NCBI GenBank assembly: GCA_019136545.1
Contig: JAGVUA010000049.1
Location: forward strand, 1,096 to 65,095
DNA: 64,000 nucleotides
Origin: Betaproteobacteria bacterium
Lineage (GTDB): Bacteria; Pseudomonadota; Gammaproteobacteria; Burkholderiales; Rhodocyclaceae
Direction: 5' to 3'
Shown: positions 1 through 10,299 of the stretch, piece after piece
How positions within the stretch are numbered: the stretch's first letter is position 1
Layout: each line of letters starts with the position of its first letter
Program-made: the position numbers and the translations under genes
The notes under the pieces: model-generated
The model's input: the letters and a program-made list of their open reading frames with translations, nothing else
The model's database searches: none
What the model was told of the DNA's origin: nothing

Positions 1-2621
1 CCGAGGACATCCATCCCGCTCGGGGTCGGGTTTGCGTCAAGGCATATGGCCTGGTGCAAAAGACCTATAACCCGAACCGCATCCTCACGCCGATGAAGCG
101 CACCAATCCCAGGAAGGGGCGCAACGAGGATCCCGGGTTCGTTCCGATCTCCTGGGATGAAGCGCTCGACATGGTTGCCGAAAAGCTCAATGCCGTGCGG
201 GCCAAGAGCCTGGTCGATGAAGCGGGCTTGCCGCGCCTGGCCGTCAGTCTCGGGCACGGCGGCACACCCTCGAATTACATGGGAACCTTCCCGGCCTTCC
301 TGGCGGCCTGGGGCGATGTGGATTTCAGCTTTGGTTCGGGTCAGGGCGTCAAGTGCGTGCATTCGGAACACCTGTATGGCGAGTTCTGGCACCGCGGCTT
401 CACGGTGGCGGCCGATACCCCCAATTGCCGATACAACATCGCGGTCGGCGCCAATGTCGATGTCACCGGTGGGCCTTGCGCAGTCATTCGCCATGCCGAT
501 GCCCGCGTTCGCGGTTACAAGCGGGTTCAGGTCGAACCGAGCCTGACGGCAACGGGCGCCTGTTCCTCCGAATGGGTGCCGATTCGACCGAAGACCGATC
601 CGGCTTTCCTGTTTGCGTTGATCCATGTCCTGGTCCGCGAGATCGGCCTGGAAAAACTGGACATCCCTTTCCTGCGCGACCGTACCGCATCGCCCTATCT
701 CGTCGCGCCGGATGGGCTCTATCTGCGCGATCCGCAGAGCGGCAAGCCGCTGATCTGGGACGAAATCAGCGGTAAGGCACTGCCCCATGACGCCGCGGGC
801 GCGCATCCTGCGGTGGCCGGCAGCTACCGCGTCGCGCATGCCGTGGTGGTGGATGCCGACGGCGAGCGCCGCGAGTACCAAGACGTGGAGGGCAAGACAG
901 CTTACGAAAAGCTGTCGGAGCACATCGCCAAGTACACGCCGGAGTGGGCCGCAGCCATTTGCGACGTGCCCGCCGCGACGATACGCCGCATCGCCAACGA
1001 ATATCTGGAAGCGGCCGGCATCGGCGAAACCATCGAGATCGACGGTCAGACGCTGCCGCTGCGCCCCGTGGCCGTGACGCTGGGCAAGTCGGTCAATAAT
1101 GGCTGGGGCGCCTATGAATGCTGCTGGGCGCGCACCGTGCTGGCGGTCCTGGTGGGCGCGCTTGAAAATCCTGGCGGGCTCCTCGGCACCACGGTAAGGC
1201 TCAACAAATCCCGCGACAATCGCCACCTCTCCGTGGCGCCGGGTGAAGACGGCTTCATGGTCCAGTACTTCAATCCGACCAGCAAGGAGGAGTGGCAGTC
1301 GGCGTCATCGACCCGCAATCTGCATCAGACCCTGGTGCCCATCGTGGGTCACAACGGCGCCTGGAGCCAGTCGTTGGGCCCCACCCAACTGGCCTGGATG
1401 TTCCAGAACGAGCGGCCGAGCGACTGGAACATGCCCATGCCGACAATGCCGGAGGTGTGGCTGGTTTATCGCTCGAATCCCTCGATCTCATTCTGGGACA
1501 CCCGGCACTTGGCCGAGACCGTCGCGAAGTTCCCCTTCATGGCATGTTTTGCCTACACGCTGGACGAAACCAACTACATGGCGGATGTCCTGCTTCCCGA
1601 GGCGACCGATCTCGAATCGACGCAACTGATCCGGATGGGGGGCACCAAGTACATCGAGCAATTCTGGGACTACAAAGGTGCGGTGCTGCGCACCAAAGCC
1701 GTCGAGCCGCAGGGGGAGGCCCGCGATTTCACCTGGATCGCTACCGAGCTCGCCAAGCGCACCGGGTTGCTGCGCGTCTATGTCGATGCGATCAACAAGG
1801 GCATTGCCGGCGTGTCTCCGCTCAAGGGCAGAGACTATGACTACCGTCTCGATCCGGACAGCGAACCGGGCACCGAGGAAATCTGGGATGCCGCATGCCG
1901 GGCGGCGTCGGCGACGCTTTCAGAAGGTCGCGACGACCATGGCCTGGCGTGGTTCCGCGAGCACGGCTTCTATGCCGTGCCAATGTCGCGCCTCGAGTGG
2001 TACCTGACGCCCACCATGGAAAAACTGGGCCTGCGTTACGAGCTGCCCTATCAGGAGCGCTTGCTGAAAGCCGGTCGCGAGTTGGGCCGCCGTCTGCATG
2101 AAAAACAGATGAATTGGTGGGACGAGCAGCTGTCGGAATACACGGCGTTGCCGGAGTGGCACGATGTTCCCCTGCGATGGATTCGCAATCTGGAACGCGC
2201 CGGTGCAAAGGCCGAAGATTTTCCGTTCTGGCTGCTGACGTCGAAGAGCATGCAGTATCACGCAGGCGGCAACGCTGCCATCGCCGTCATGCACGAAGTG
2301 GCGCAGAACATGCGCGGTCATGCCGGCGTCATCATCAACGCCAAGACCGCTGCTTCGCTGGGCATCGCCGAGGGCGATCGCATCGAGGTGCGATCGCACA
2401 TCGGCGTTACCTACGGCAAAGCGGCGTTGGCTCAGGGTGTGCGCCCCGACACCCTGGTGATCATCGGCCAGTTCGACCATTGGGCAACGCCGTTCGCCAA
2501 GACTCTGGAGGCGCCCAGCCTGAACAGCATTGCCCCGATGTCGCTGGACCTGACCGATGCGACCGGATCGGGCGCCGATATCGTGCGCGTGGCGGTGCGG
2601 CGCGCGGGAGGTGCGGCGTGA
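1..2621 (+). CDS. padB: Molybdopterin (bis-MGD) oxidoreductase catalytic subunit, 5' end cut by the window edge; PadB-like alpha subunit of phenylacetyl-CoA:acceptor oxidoreductase
   Basis: Frame 3 is open from nt 3. It reads ...GRVCVKAYGLVQKTYNPNR, the tail of the N-terminal Fe-S Cys motif of Mo-bisMGD enzymes. More than 855 aa. Translationally coupled to a 4Fe-4S subunit and a DmsC-like anchor. Synteny with the pad cluster. Confidence 0.75.
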   Translation, partial: EDIHPARGRVCVKAYGLVQKTYNPNRILTPMKRTNPRKGRNEDPGFVPISWDEALDMVAEKLNAVRAKSLVDEAGLPRLAVSLGHGGTPSNYMGTFPAFLAAWGDVDFSFGSGQGVKCVHSEHLYGEFWHRGFTVAADTPNCRYNIAVGANVDVTGGPCAVIRHADARVRGYKRVQVEPSLTATGACSSEWVPIRPKTDPAFLFALIHVLVREIGLEKLDIPFLRDRTASPYLVAPDGLYLRDPQSGKPLIWDEISGKALPHDAAGAHPAVAGSYRVAHAVVVDADGERREYQDVEGKTAYEKLSEHIAKYTPEWAAAICDVPAATIRRIANEYLEAAGIGETIEIDGQTLPLRPVAVTLGKSVNNGWGAYECCWARTVLAVLVGALENPGGLLGTTVRLNKSRDNRHLSVAPGEDGFMVQYFNPTSKEEWQSASSTRNLHQTLVPIVGHNGAWSQSLGPTQLAWMFQNERPSDWNMPMPTMPEVWLVYRSNPSISFWDTRHLAETVAKFPFMACFAYTLDETNYMADVLLPEATDLESTQLIRMGGTKYIEQFWDYKGAVLRTKAVEPQGEARDFTWIATELAKRTGLLRVYVDAINKGIAGVSPLKGRDYDYRLDPDSEPGTEEIWDAACRAASATLSEGRDDHGLAWFREHGFYAVPMSRLEWYLTPTMEKLGLRYELPYQERLLKAGRELGRRLHEKQMNWWDEQLSEYTALPEWHDVPLRWIRNLERAGAKAEDFPFWLLTSKSMQYHAGGNAAIAVMHEVAQNMRGHAGVIINAKTAASLGIAEGDRIEVRSHIGVTYGKAALAQGVRPDTLVIIGQFDHWATPFAKTLEAPSLNSIAPMSLDLTDATGSGADIVRVAVRRAGGAA

Positions 2622-3265
2622 AGCGGTATGCGATGGTGATCGACTTGCGGCGCTGCGTCGGTTGCCAGACCTGCACGGCTGCCTGCAAGAGCGCCAATGC
2701 CACGCCTACCGGCGTTCAGTGGCGCCGGGTTCTCGACCTGGAGAGCGGTGAATTTCCGGATGTGCGGAGAAGCTTCGTTCCCGTGGCCTGCATGCATTGC
2801 GCCAATCCGCCCTGCGAAGAGGTTTGCCCGACGACGGCCACCAAGAAGCGGGCAGACGGCTTGGTGACTATCGACTACGATATCTGCATCGGCTGCGCCA
2901 ACTGCATCATGGCCTGCCCCTATGATGCCCGGTCCATCATCCATCAGCCGCAGTATGCCTACGGCGACCAACCCATCGCCTCGGAAGCGGCGCGCATGGA
3001 CAGCCAGCACATCGGCGTCGCTACCAAATGCACTTTCTGCAAGGATCGCATCGACCTGGCGGAACGTACCGGCCAGATTCCGGGGCGCGACCCCGAAGTC
3101 ACGCCGGCGTGCGTCAATTCCTGTATCTCAGGGGCGATGCACTTCGGCGATATTCTCGACAGCGACAGCAATGTCTCCCGCCTGCTGGCGGAGAACGAGT
3201 CGTTCCGCATGCATGAGGAATTGGGTACGGCGCCTGCCGTTCATTACATACTGGATCGCCGATGA
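2618..3265 (+). CDS. padC: 4Fe-4S ferredoxin-type electron-transfer subunit (DmsB/PadC-like)
   Basis: GTG 2618 overlaps the padB stop (GTGA); alternative ATG at 2633. Cys clusters CVGCQTCTAAC, CMHCANPPCEEVCP, CIGCANCIMACP and CTFC. Confidence 0.8.
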   Translation: MKRYAMVIDLRRCVGCQTCTAACKSANATPTGVQWRRVLDLESGEFPDVRRSFVPVACMHCANPPCEEVCPTTATKKRADGLVTIDYDICIGCANCIMACPYDARSIIHQPQYAYGDQPIASEAARMDSQHIGVATKCTFCKDRIDLAERTGQIPGRDPEVTPACVNSCISGAMHFGDILDSDSNVSRLLAENESFRMHEELGTAPAVHYILDRR

Positions 3266-4167
3266 ACCACTCAGTGCGCGCAGTCGACAGAATCGCACCT
3301 CGTCGCCAGGGCAACTGGGATTGGCGGGCGGCCGGCAACTTCGTGGCGGGCGGCGCGGGCGGCGGTGTGCTGGCCTGCGTCGCCGCGCTGTCCATCGGGC
3401 TCGGATTCGATCCGCGCCTGCTGCTGGCAGTGGGGTTGGCGATGATGGGGTTTGGCCTGACCTGCGTGTGGTTCGAAATTGGCCGGCCATGGCGGGCGAT
3501 GAACGTCTTTCGTCACGTGGGTTCCTCGTGGATGACCCGCGAAGCCTATGTCGCGCTGTTCGCCATGGGAACCGGCCTGCTGGCAATTGGCCTCGGCACA
3601 AGGCCGCTCGTGGCCGCGACCGGCTTGCTCGGCTTGCTGTTCATCTACGCGCAGGCCCGGATACTCGCCGCCAACAAGGGCATCCCTGCCTGGCGCCATG
3701 GCCGCTGCCTGCCAGTAGTCTTGTCGACCGGCTTGGCGGAAGGCGCCGGCCTGGTCGCCTGCGCCGGCGCGTGGGCGGCGTGGTGGCGGTATCCGGCCAT
3801 GCTATTGGTGCCGCTTTGCGCATGGCGGGTGATCGCCTGGCGCCGTTATCTGGCTGCGCTGGCTGCGGATGGGGCGCCGGTGGGCACGCTGACCGCTTTC
3901 CGCCGGATCAATTCCTTGTTCGTCTGGGGCGGCAACCTGGTCCCGGTCGTGCTGGCCGGCGTGGCGGTGCTGGCGGACGCGCCGATCTTGGCGGTCTTGG
4001 CAGGTATGCTGACGGTGGCGGCGGGCTGGCAGATGAAGTACTCGCTGGTTTGTCGCGCGGCGTTCACGCAGGGTTTCGCGCTGCCCAAACAGCCCGTGCG
4101 CGGCAATAGCCGGACGGGACCGGGCGTCAAGCCGGGATGGCAGTGGAACCGTTGGTTAACTGATTGA
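3262..4167 (+). CDS. padD: Polytopic membrane anchor subunit of the Mo-oxidoreductase (DmsC/PadD-like)
   Basis: ATG overlaps the upstream stop (ATGA). 301 aa, dominated by long hydrophobic A/L/G/W-rich segments. Position after the Mo and FeS subunits. Confidence 0.65.
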   Translation: MNHSVRAVDRIAPRRQGNWDWRAAGNFVAGGAGGGVLACVAALSIGLGFDPRLLLAVGLAMMGFGLTCVWFEIGRPWRAMNVFRHVGSSWMTREAYVALFAMGTGLLAIGLGTRPLVAATGLLGLLFIYAQARILAANKGIPAWRHGRCLPVVLSTGLAEGAGLVACAGAWAAWWRYPAMLLVPLCAWRVIAWRRYLAALAADGAPVGTLTAFRRINSLFVWGGNLVPVVLAGVAVLADAPILAVLAGMLTVAAGWQMKYSLVCRAAFTQGFALPKQPVRGNSRTGPGVKPGWQWNRWLTD

Positions 4168-4217
4168 CTCGAAGATAAGACCACGCCAAGCGGCGTGAGT
4201 TGGAGGAGACACGCACG

Positions 4218-4790
4218 ATGTACGAAATCCGTCTGCATGGGCGGGGAGGGCAGGGCGCGGTGATGGCCTCGGGCATTCTGGCCACTGGACTGGTCGCGGC
4301 CGGCAAGTTCGCCGTGGCGATTCCCTCCTTCGGCTTCGAGCGCCGCGGCGCGCCGGTAGTCGCCTACCTGCGCACCGATGACAAAGAAATCCGGCGCATG
4401 ACCAACATCACCGAGCCCGACTGCCTGATCTGCATCGATCCAACCGTGGTGAACTCGGTGAACATCTTCGCCGGCCTGAAGCCCGGCGGCACGCTGGTGC
4501 AGACCAGCGCCAAGTCGCTGCCGGAATTGAACTTGCCGGAAACCGTCGGCACCGTCGGCATTTGCAACGCGGTGAAGATCGCCATGGAGATTTTTCGCCG
4601 CCCGATCACCAATACCCTGATGCTCGGGGCTTTTGCGCGGACCACGGGCGTGGTCGATCTTGAGTTTTTGAAGCAGGCGCTGCGGGATTCGGAGTTCCGC
4701 GATGCCGGTCTCGAACAGAATCTGACCGCCTTGCAACGCGGTTACGATGAAACGGTAGTGCATCGCATCGAAAGGCGGGCTGCGGCATGA
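4218..4790 (+). CDS. padE: 2-oxoacid:acceptor oxidoreductase gamma subunit (PadE-like, phenylglyoxylate oxidoreductase)
   Basis: MYEIRLHGRGGQGAVMASGIL is the typical OFOR gamma N-terminus. GGAGGAG RBS lies 10 nt upstream of ATG 4218. Confidence 0.75.
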   Translation: MYEIRLHGRGGQGAVMASGILATGLVAAGKFAVAIPSFGFERRGAPVVAYLRTDDKEIRRMTNITEPDCLICIDPTVVNSVNIFAGLKPGGTLVQTSAKSLPELNLPETVGTVGICNAVKIAMEIFRRPITNTLMLGAFARTTGVVDLEFLKQALRDSEFRDAGLEQNLTALQRGYDETVVHRIERRAAA

Positions 4791-5089
4791 GTTGCCACAA
4801 GGCTTATCCGATGTTCAATCCGGCCGCGGCCGGCGTGCCGGACGATCTGTGTCCGATCGCCACCGAAATTACGCCCATGCTTCCGGGCGACTGGCGCAGC
4901 CTGCGTCCGGTGGTGGACCGCGACAAATGCGTCAAGTGCGCCATCTGCTGGCTTTACTGTCCCGTGCAGTGCATTGTCGAAAAGCCGGCCTGGTTCGACA
5001 TGAATCTCGCGACTTGCAAAGGCTGCGGCATTTGCGCCAACGAGTGCCCGCAGCGGGCGATCACCATGATCGAGGAGACCGGAACATGA
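4787..5089 (+). CDS. padF: 2-oxoacid:acceptor oxidoreductase delta subunit, 2x[4Fe-4S] ferredoxin (PadF-like)
   Basis: ATGA overlap with padE. Motifs CVKCAICWLYCP and CKGCGICANECP. About 100 aa. Confidence 0.75.
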   Translation: MSCHKAYPMFNPAAAGVPDDLCPIATEITPMLPGDWRSLRPVVDRDKCVKCAICWLYCPVQCIVEKPAWFDMNLATCKGCGICANECPQRAITMIEETGT

Positions 5090-6321
5090 CCGCGGCAACT
5101 CTGGAAAGAGCCGACACCGAGTCCAAGTTCATCGTTTGCGAGGGCAACGAGGCGGCGGCGCTCGCCGTGGCGCTGGCGCGTCCCGACATGGTGTCGGTGT
5201 ATCCGATTACCCCGCAATCGAGCCTCGTCGAGCATGTCGCCAAGCTGGTCGCCGACGGCCGGCTCGATGCCGACATCGTCGATGCCGAGGGCGAGCATTC
5301 GGTGCTCTCGGTGCTGCAGGGCGCGGCGTTGGCGGGCGGCCGCACATACACGGCGACATGCGGGCCTGGCCTGGCCTTCATGTTCGAGCCGTACTTCCGG
5401 TCGCCCGGCATGCGGTTGCCAATCGTCATGACCATCGTCACGCGCGACGGCATTACGCCGCAGTCTGTCTGGGGCGGTCATCAGGATGCCATGACCGTGC
5501 GCGAGGTCGGCTGGGTGCAGATCTACTGCGAGTCGGTGCAGGAGGTGCTCGACACCACCATCATGGCCTTCAAGATCGCCGAGCATCATGATGTCATGTT
5601 GCCGGTGAATATCTGTGTCGACGGCAACTATCTTTCCTACGGTTCCGCGCGCGTGGCGGTGCCGGAACAGGCGGACGTGGATGCCTTCATGGGCGTGAAG
5701 AACGTCAACTGGCATGCCGCGCTCGATCCCGAGCGGCCGATGGGCGTCGATCCGCTCACCGGCGGCTCGGGCGGCAAAGGCCCCTCGATGTTCGTGCGCT
5801 ATCGCAAGAGCCAATGTCAGGGCATGCAGAATGCCCTGCGCGTGATCACCGAGGTGCATGAGGAATATGCCCGCCGCTTCGGTCGCAGCTATGCGCCGTT
5901 GGTCGAGCAATATCGGATGGAAGACGCCGAAATCGCGCTGATGACCATCGGCAGCATGACGGGTGCCGCCAAGGATGCGGTGGACGAGGCGCGTCAGGCT
6001 GGTAGCAAGGTGGGTATCGTCAAGGTCAAGACGTTCAGCCCTTTCCCGCTGGAGGTGCTGGTGGCGGCGCTGGACAAGGTTCAGGCGATCGGCGTCGTCG
6101 ATCGGTCGGTGGCCTTTCGCTGGAACTGCGGGCCGCTGTACCAGGAGACGTTGGGCGCGCTCTATCGGCTCGGCCGCCACGTGCCGTCGACCAGTTTCAT
6201 CGGCGGCCTTGCCGGCGCCGATTTGACGGTGGATCACTTCCTCCGGGTGATCCGAGAGACCGAGGCGCTCCGCCATGGCCGACTTTCGTCGGGGCCGGTC
6301 TGGCTTAACGAAAATGACTGA
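5086..6321 (+). CDS. padG: 2-oxoacid:acceptor oxidoreductase alpha subunit (PadG-like)
   Basis: ATGA overlap with padF. N-terminus ...FIVCEGNEAAALAVALARPDMVSVYPITPQS is typical of POR/OFOR alpha subunits. 411 aa. Confidence 0.8.
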   Translation: MTAATLERADTESKFIVCEGNEAAALAVALARPDMVSVYPITPQSSLVEHVAKLVADGRLDADIVDAEGEHSVLSVLQGAALAGGRTYTATCGPGLAFMFEPYFRSPGMRLPIVMTIVTRDGITPQSVWGGHQDAMTVREVGWVQIYCESVQEVLDTTIMAFKIAEHHDVMLPVNICVDGNYLSYGSARVAVPEQADVDAFMGVKNVNWHAALDPERPMGVDPLTGGSGGKGPSMFVRYRKSQCQGMQNALRVITEVHEEYARRFGRSYAPLVEQYRMEDAEIALMTIGSMTGAAKDAVDEARQAGSKVGIVKVKTFSPFPLEVLVAALDKVQAIGVVDRSVAFRWNCGPLYQETLGALYRLGRHVPSTSFIGGLAGADLTVDHFLRVIRETEALRHGRLSSGPVWLNEND

Positions 6322-6327
6322 GCACGC

Positions 6328-7602
6328 ATGAGCGAGATGACAATGGGAGAAACACGTTACCTGATAGTCGGCAGCAGCCATGCGGCGCTCGAGGCGGCGG
6401 CGGCGATCCGCATGCATGACGAGGAAGGCAGTCTCGCCATCGTGACGCGCGACCGCCATTTGCCCTATTCGCCGACGGTGCTGCCCTATGTCGTTTCCGG
6501 GCGATCGACGCCGGAACAGGTGCTGCTGCGCGATGCCGAGTATTTCTCCGCGCGCAAAATCGACTACCGGCCGGGGCAATCGCTGGTAGCGGTGCGGCCA
6601 GCCGAACATCTCGTGCAGCTGGAAGGGGCCGGGGGCGGCGAGTTGCGCTACGAAAAGCTGCTGCTGGCGACTGGCGCATCGCCGGTCGTGCCGCCCATTC
6701 CGGGTATCGAGAAGGCGAGCTATCACGTCTTGCGCACGCTCGACGATGCGATCGGCCTGAACAAGGCGATCGGCGCGACAAGGCGTGCCGTGGTGCTGGG
6801 CGCCGGGCTGGTGGGCATGCATGCCGCCGAGAATCTCGCCAAGGCCGGCATTGGCGTCACCATCGTCGAAATGGCCGATCAGTTGTGCGCCGGGTATTTC
6901 GATCGCACCGCGGCGAACTTGATCGAAAAGGCATTCACGGACCACGGCGCCACCATACGCACCGGCCGGCGCGTGATCGGGATGATGCCGCATGACGGCG
7001 GTACGACGCTGGCGCTGGACAACGGTGAAACGCTCGATGCCGATCTGCTGCTGGTCGCCACTGGCGTGCGGCCCGAGCTCGGCTACCTGGCGGACAGCGG
7101 CATCGCCACGGATAAAGGCATCCTGGTTGACGACAGCATGCAGACCAGTGCCGCCGACGTCTGGGCCGCGGGCGACTGTGCGCAAGCGCGAAGCTTCTAT
7201 TCGAATGCCAAAGTCATGAATGCTATTTTGCCCGACGCCGCCGAACAGGGGCGCATCGCCGGCATGGCCATGGCGGGCGACCCCGGCCTGAGGAACTATC
7301 CAGGCGGCGTGCCGCTCAACACCTACCATTTCTTCGGCCGCCACGCCATTTCGGTCGGCAGCAGCCGGCAGCCGGAAAATGCGCAGGTGGAAACCCGCTT
7401 CGACGAAAAAAGTGGCCGTTACCTCAGGGCCTGTTTCGTCGACGGCCGTCTGCAGTGCATTCACGGCGTCAACGAATTCTTCGATGGCGGCGTGATGGCG
7501 CAGCTGATTCTGCGCCGCGTCGATCTCGATCCCGTGCGCGAGCGTTTCGTGGCGCAGCCGATGGCGGTCGGCCGGGAACTGATGTCGCAACTCTGGCGCT
7601 AG
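6328..7602 (+). CDS. padH: FAD/NAD(P)-dependent pyridine-nucleotide-disulfide-type oxidoreductase subunit (PadH-like)
   Basis: Dinucleotide folds YLIVGSSHAALEAA and AVVLGAGLVGMHAAE. Inserted between the OFOR alpha and beta genes, as in the five-subunit phenylglyoxylate:NAD+ oxidoreductase. Confidence 0.7.
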   Translation: MSEMTMGETRYLIVGSSHAALEAAAAIRMHDEEGSLAIVTRDRHLPYSPTVLPYVVSGRSTPEQVLLRDAEYFSARKIDYRPGQSLVAVRPAEHLVQLEGAGGGELRYEKLLLATGASPVVPPIPGIEKASYHVLRTLDDAIGLNKAIGATRRAVVLGAGLVGMHAAENLAKAGIGVTIVEMADQLCAGYFDRTAANLIEKAFTDHGATIRTGRRVIGMMPHDGGTTLALDNGETLDADLLLVATGVRPELGYLADSGIATDKGILVDDSMQTSAADVWAAGDCAQARSFYSNAKVMNAILPDAAEQGRIAGMAMAGDPGLRNYPGGVPLNTYHFFGRHAISVGSSRQPENAQVETRFDEKSGRYLRACFVDGRLQCIHGVNEFFDGGVMAQLILRRVDLDPVRERFVAQPMAVGRELMSQLWR

Positions 7603-7612
7603 GACAAAGCTC

Positions 7613-9004
7613 ATGGGACGTGCCTACAACACCATTGCCTTCGATGCCGCCAAATGCGACGGCTGCGGCGACTGCATGCGCGCCTGCGCGCGCGCCAAGA
7701 CCGACAGCGAGGATATCGCGCGGTCGCGTATTCAGATTCTTGGCGGATCGTCGGGTTTCGAACTGGCCTTATGCCGCCAATGCGGCGATCCCCGCTGCGT
7801 GGCGGTGTGTCCGGCCGGCGCGCTCGGCAAGGATGAACAGTCCGGCGTCATCGGCTGGGATGCCAGCAAGTGCGTGGACTGTCTGCTGTGCACCCTCGGT
7901 TGCGCCTACGCCGGCATTGCGCTCGACGAAGCCACGGGCCGCGTCGCCAAATGTGATACTTGCGAAGGTGCGCCCGCTTGCGTGCCGGCTTGCCCGCACG
8001 GCGCGCTCAAGCATCACACCACGGCGCGCATTTACAACGAAGTCGGCGACTGGGAGGATCTGTTCGCCCCCGGGCTGGCCGGCTGCCAGGGATGCAATAC
8101 CGAATTGCTGATGCGTCATACCCTGCGCCGGGTGGGTCCGGAAACCGTGTTGGCGACGCCGCCCGGTTGTGTGCCCGGCATGGGCTCGGTGGGTTACAAC
8201 GGCATGGCCGGCACCAAGGTGCCGGTCTTCCATCCGCTGCTCACCAACACGGCCGCCATGCTGGCCGGAGTGAAGCGCCAGTTCAACCGCGCCGGCCGCA
8301 AGGTGACGGCGCTGGCCATCGCCGGCGACGGCGGTGCGTCCGATGCGGGCTTCCAGTCATTGTCGGGCGCGGCCGAGCGCGGCGAACAGATTCTGTTCAT
8401 GGTCGTCGATAACGAGGGATACATGAACACCGGCATGCAGCGGTCGAGCGCCACCCCCTTCGGGGCGTGGACGTCGACGACGCCGGTCGGTCGCGAGTCC
8501 AAGGGCAAGACGCAGGATGCCAAGAATCTGCCCCTGCTCATGGTGAATCATCGTTGCGCCTACGTCGCGACCGCGTCGACGGCCTACATGGAAGACCTGT
8601 ACGAGAAGCTCGACCGCGCCATCGTCGCCGCCGAGACGGGCTTCGCCTATTTGCATGTTTACTCGCCCTGTACCACGGGTTGGCGATTCCCCACCGAAAA
8701 GAACATGGAGGTCGCGCGCAAGGCGGTCGAGACCAATTTCGTCATGTTGTGGGAATACACGCCAGCGCAAGGGCTGCATTTTTCCCAGTCGGTGGATCAT
8801 CCGTTGCCGGTCACCGAATACCTCAAGGTCATGGGACGTTTCCGTCACCTGACCGAGGAGCAAGTCCAGCATATCCAGGCTAAGGTCGAAGAGAACCGTG
8901 CCTTTGTTCAACAAATCTCCCAACAGAGCTATGCACCACGCGAGTACGTGAGACTCGCGGGGCTAGGAGGAGATCATGACAAAGGTAACGCACCCCGCAG
9001 GTAA
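7613..9004 (+). CDS. padI: 2-oxoacid:acceptor oxidoreductase beta (TPP-binding) subunit with N-terminal polyferredoxin domain (PadI-like)
   Basis: N-terminal Cys clusters (CDGCGDCMRAC, CRQCGDPRCVAVCP, CVDCLLCTLGC, CDTCEGAPACVPACP). TPP motif IAGDGGASD...VVDNEGYMNTG. Confidence 0.75.
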   Translation: MGRAYNTIAFDAAKCDGCGDCMRACARAKTDSEDIARSRIQILGGSSGFELALCRQCGDPRCVAVCPAGALGKDEQSGVIGWDASKCVDCLLCTLGCAYAGIALDEATGRVAKCDTCEGAPACVPACPHGALKHHTTARIYNEVGDWEDLFAPGLAGCQGCNTELLMRHTLRRVGPETVLATPPGCVPGMGSVGYNGMAGTKVPVFHPLLTNTAAMLAGVKRQFNRAGRKVTALAIAGDGGASDAGFQSLSGAAERGEQILFMVVDNEGYMNTGMQRSSATPFGAWTSTTPVGRESKGKTQDAKNLPLLMVNHRCAYVATASTAYMEDLYEKLDRAIVAAETGFAYLHVYSPCTTGWRFPTEKNMEVARKAVETNFVMLWEYTPAQGLHFSQSVDHPLPVTEYLKVMGRFRHLTEEQVQHIQAKVEENRAFVQQISQQSYAPREYVRLAGLGGDHDKGNAPRR

Positions 9005-10295
9005 ACGAGAGCAGATAGAAACCGCCAGTCGCGACGAGTTGCATGCGCTGCAGTTGCAGCGTATGCAATGGTCCCTGCGGCACGCTTACGAGAACGTGCC
9101 GCACTATCGCGCGAAATTTGATCAGGCAGGCGTCCGCCCGGAAGACTTGCGGACGCTGTCCGACTTGGGCAAGTTTCCGTTTACCACCAAGGCCGACCTT
9201 CGGGAAACCTATCCGTACGGACTGTTCGCGGTTCCCATGCGCGATGTGATCCGGGTTCATGCCTCGTCGGGTACCACGGGCCGTCCCACGGTAGTGGGCT
9301 ATACGCGCAACGACATCGACACGTGGGGCAAGGTGATGGCGCGATCCATGCGCGCCGCCGGCGTGACGGCCGACGATATCGTGCTTAACTCCTATGGCTA
9401 CGGACTGTTCACGGGGGGATTGGGCGCCCACTATGGCGCCGAGACGCTGGGCGCGGCCGTTATTCCGATGTCCGGCGGCCAGACGGAAAAACAGGTTCAG
9501 CTGATTCGCGAATTCAGCCCCACCGTCGTAATGTGCACACCCTCGTATTCCCTGACCATCGCCGACGAACTGACGCGCCAGGGCGTTGGCAAGGGCGAGA
9601 CGTCATTGCGTGTCGGCATCTTCGGCGCCGAACCATGGACCAATGAAATGCGGCGCGAGATCGAGGAGCGGCTCGGCATCGACGCGGTCGACGTTTATGG
9701 GCTGTCCGAAGTCATGGGTCCGGGCGTCGCCTGCGAATACGTCGAGTGCAAGGACGGGCCCCACGTTTGGGAAGATCACTTCTACCCGGAGGTCATCGAT
9801 CCCGATACCGGCGAGGTGCTGCCCGACGGCGCGGACGGCGAGCTCGTTTTCACTTCGTTGACCAAGGAAGCCTTGCCCATCATTCGCTATCGCACGCGCG
9901 ACCTGACGCGGCTCCTGCCGGGCACCGGCGGCGTCATGCGCCGTATGGTCAAGATCACCGGCCGCTCTGACGACATGCTCATCATCCGCGGCGTCAACGT
10001 CTTTCCGACGCAGATCGAGGAAGTGCTTCTCAAGAACCCCAACCTCTGCGCCCAGTATCAGATTCAGGTGTCTCGCGAGGAGCACCTGGACAAAATAGAC
10101 GTGTACGTGGAGGTCAAGCCGGAACTGTCGGACAAGCTCACCACGTCCGGGCGCGAGGCCATCGGTCGCGATGCCGCCCACCATATCAAGTCGCTGGTCG
10201 GCGTCTCGGCGCAGGTGCATGTGGTGGAGACCGACAAGATCGAGCGCACGCTGGTGGGCAAGGCGAAAAGGGTCATCGACCGTCGGCCGAAATAA
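8976..10295 (+). CDS. paaK: Phenylacetate-CoA ligase (PaaK family; PadJ position)
   Basis: AGGAGGA RBS before ATG 8976, which overlaps padI by 29 nt. PaaK-type N-terminus ...LQLQRMQWSLRHAYENVPHYRAKFD. AMP motif HASSGTTGRPTVVGYT. 439 aa. Confidence 0.85.
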   Translation: MTKVTHPAGKREQIETASRDELHALQLQRMQWSLRHAYENVPHYRAKFDQAGVRPEDLRTLSDLGKFPFTTKADLRETYPYGLFAVPMRDVIRVHASSGTTGRPTVVGYTRNDIDTWGKVMARSMRAAGVTADDIVLNSYGYGLFTGGLGAHYGAETLGAAVIPMSGGQTEKQVQLIREFSPTVVMCTPSYSLTIADELTRQGVGKGETSLRVGIFGAEPWTNEMRREIEERLGIDAVDVYGLSEVMGPGVACEYVECKDGPHVWEDHFYPEVIDPDTGEVLPDGADGELVFTSLTKEALPIIRYRTRDLTRLLPGTGGVMRRMVKITGRSDDMLIIRGVNVFPTQIEEVLLKNPNLCAQYQIQVSREEHLDKIDVYVEVKPELSDKLTTSGREAIGRDAAHHIKSLVGVSAQVHVVETDKIERTLVGKAKRVIDRRPK

Positions 10296-10299
10296 AGCC

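Noticed and set aside
4954-7614. 886-aa ORF on the - strand spanning padF-padH
   Set aside because: It is antisense to four well-supported, motif-bearing genes. Its Arg/Ala/His/Gly-rich composition is typical of GC3 shadow frames in high-G+C DNA, and I see no recognisable domain.
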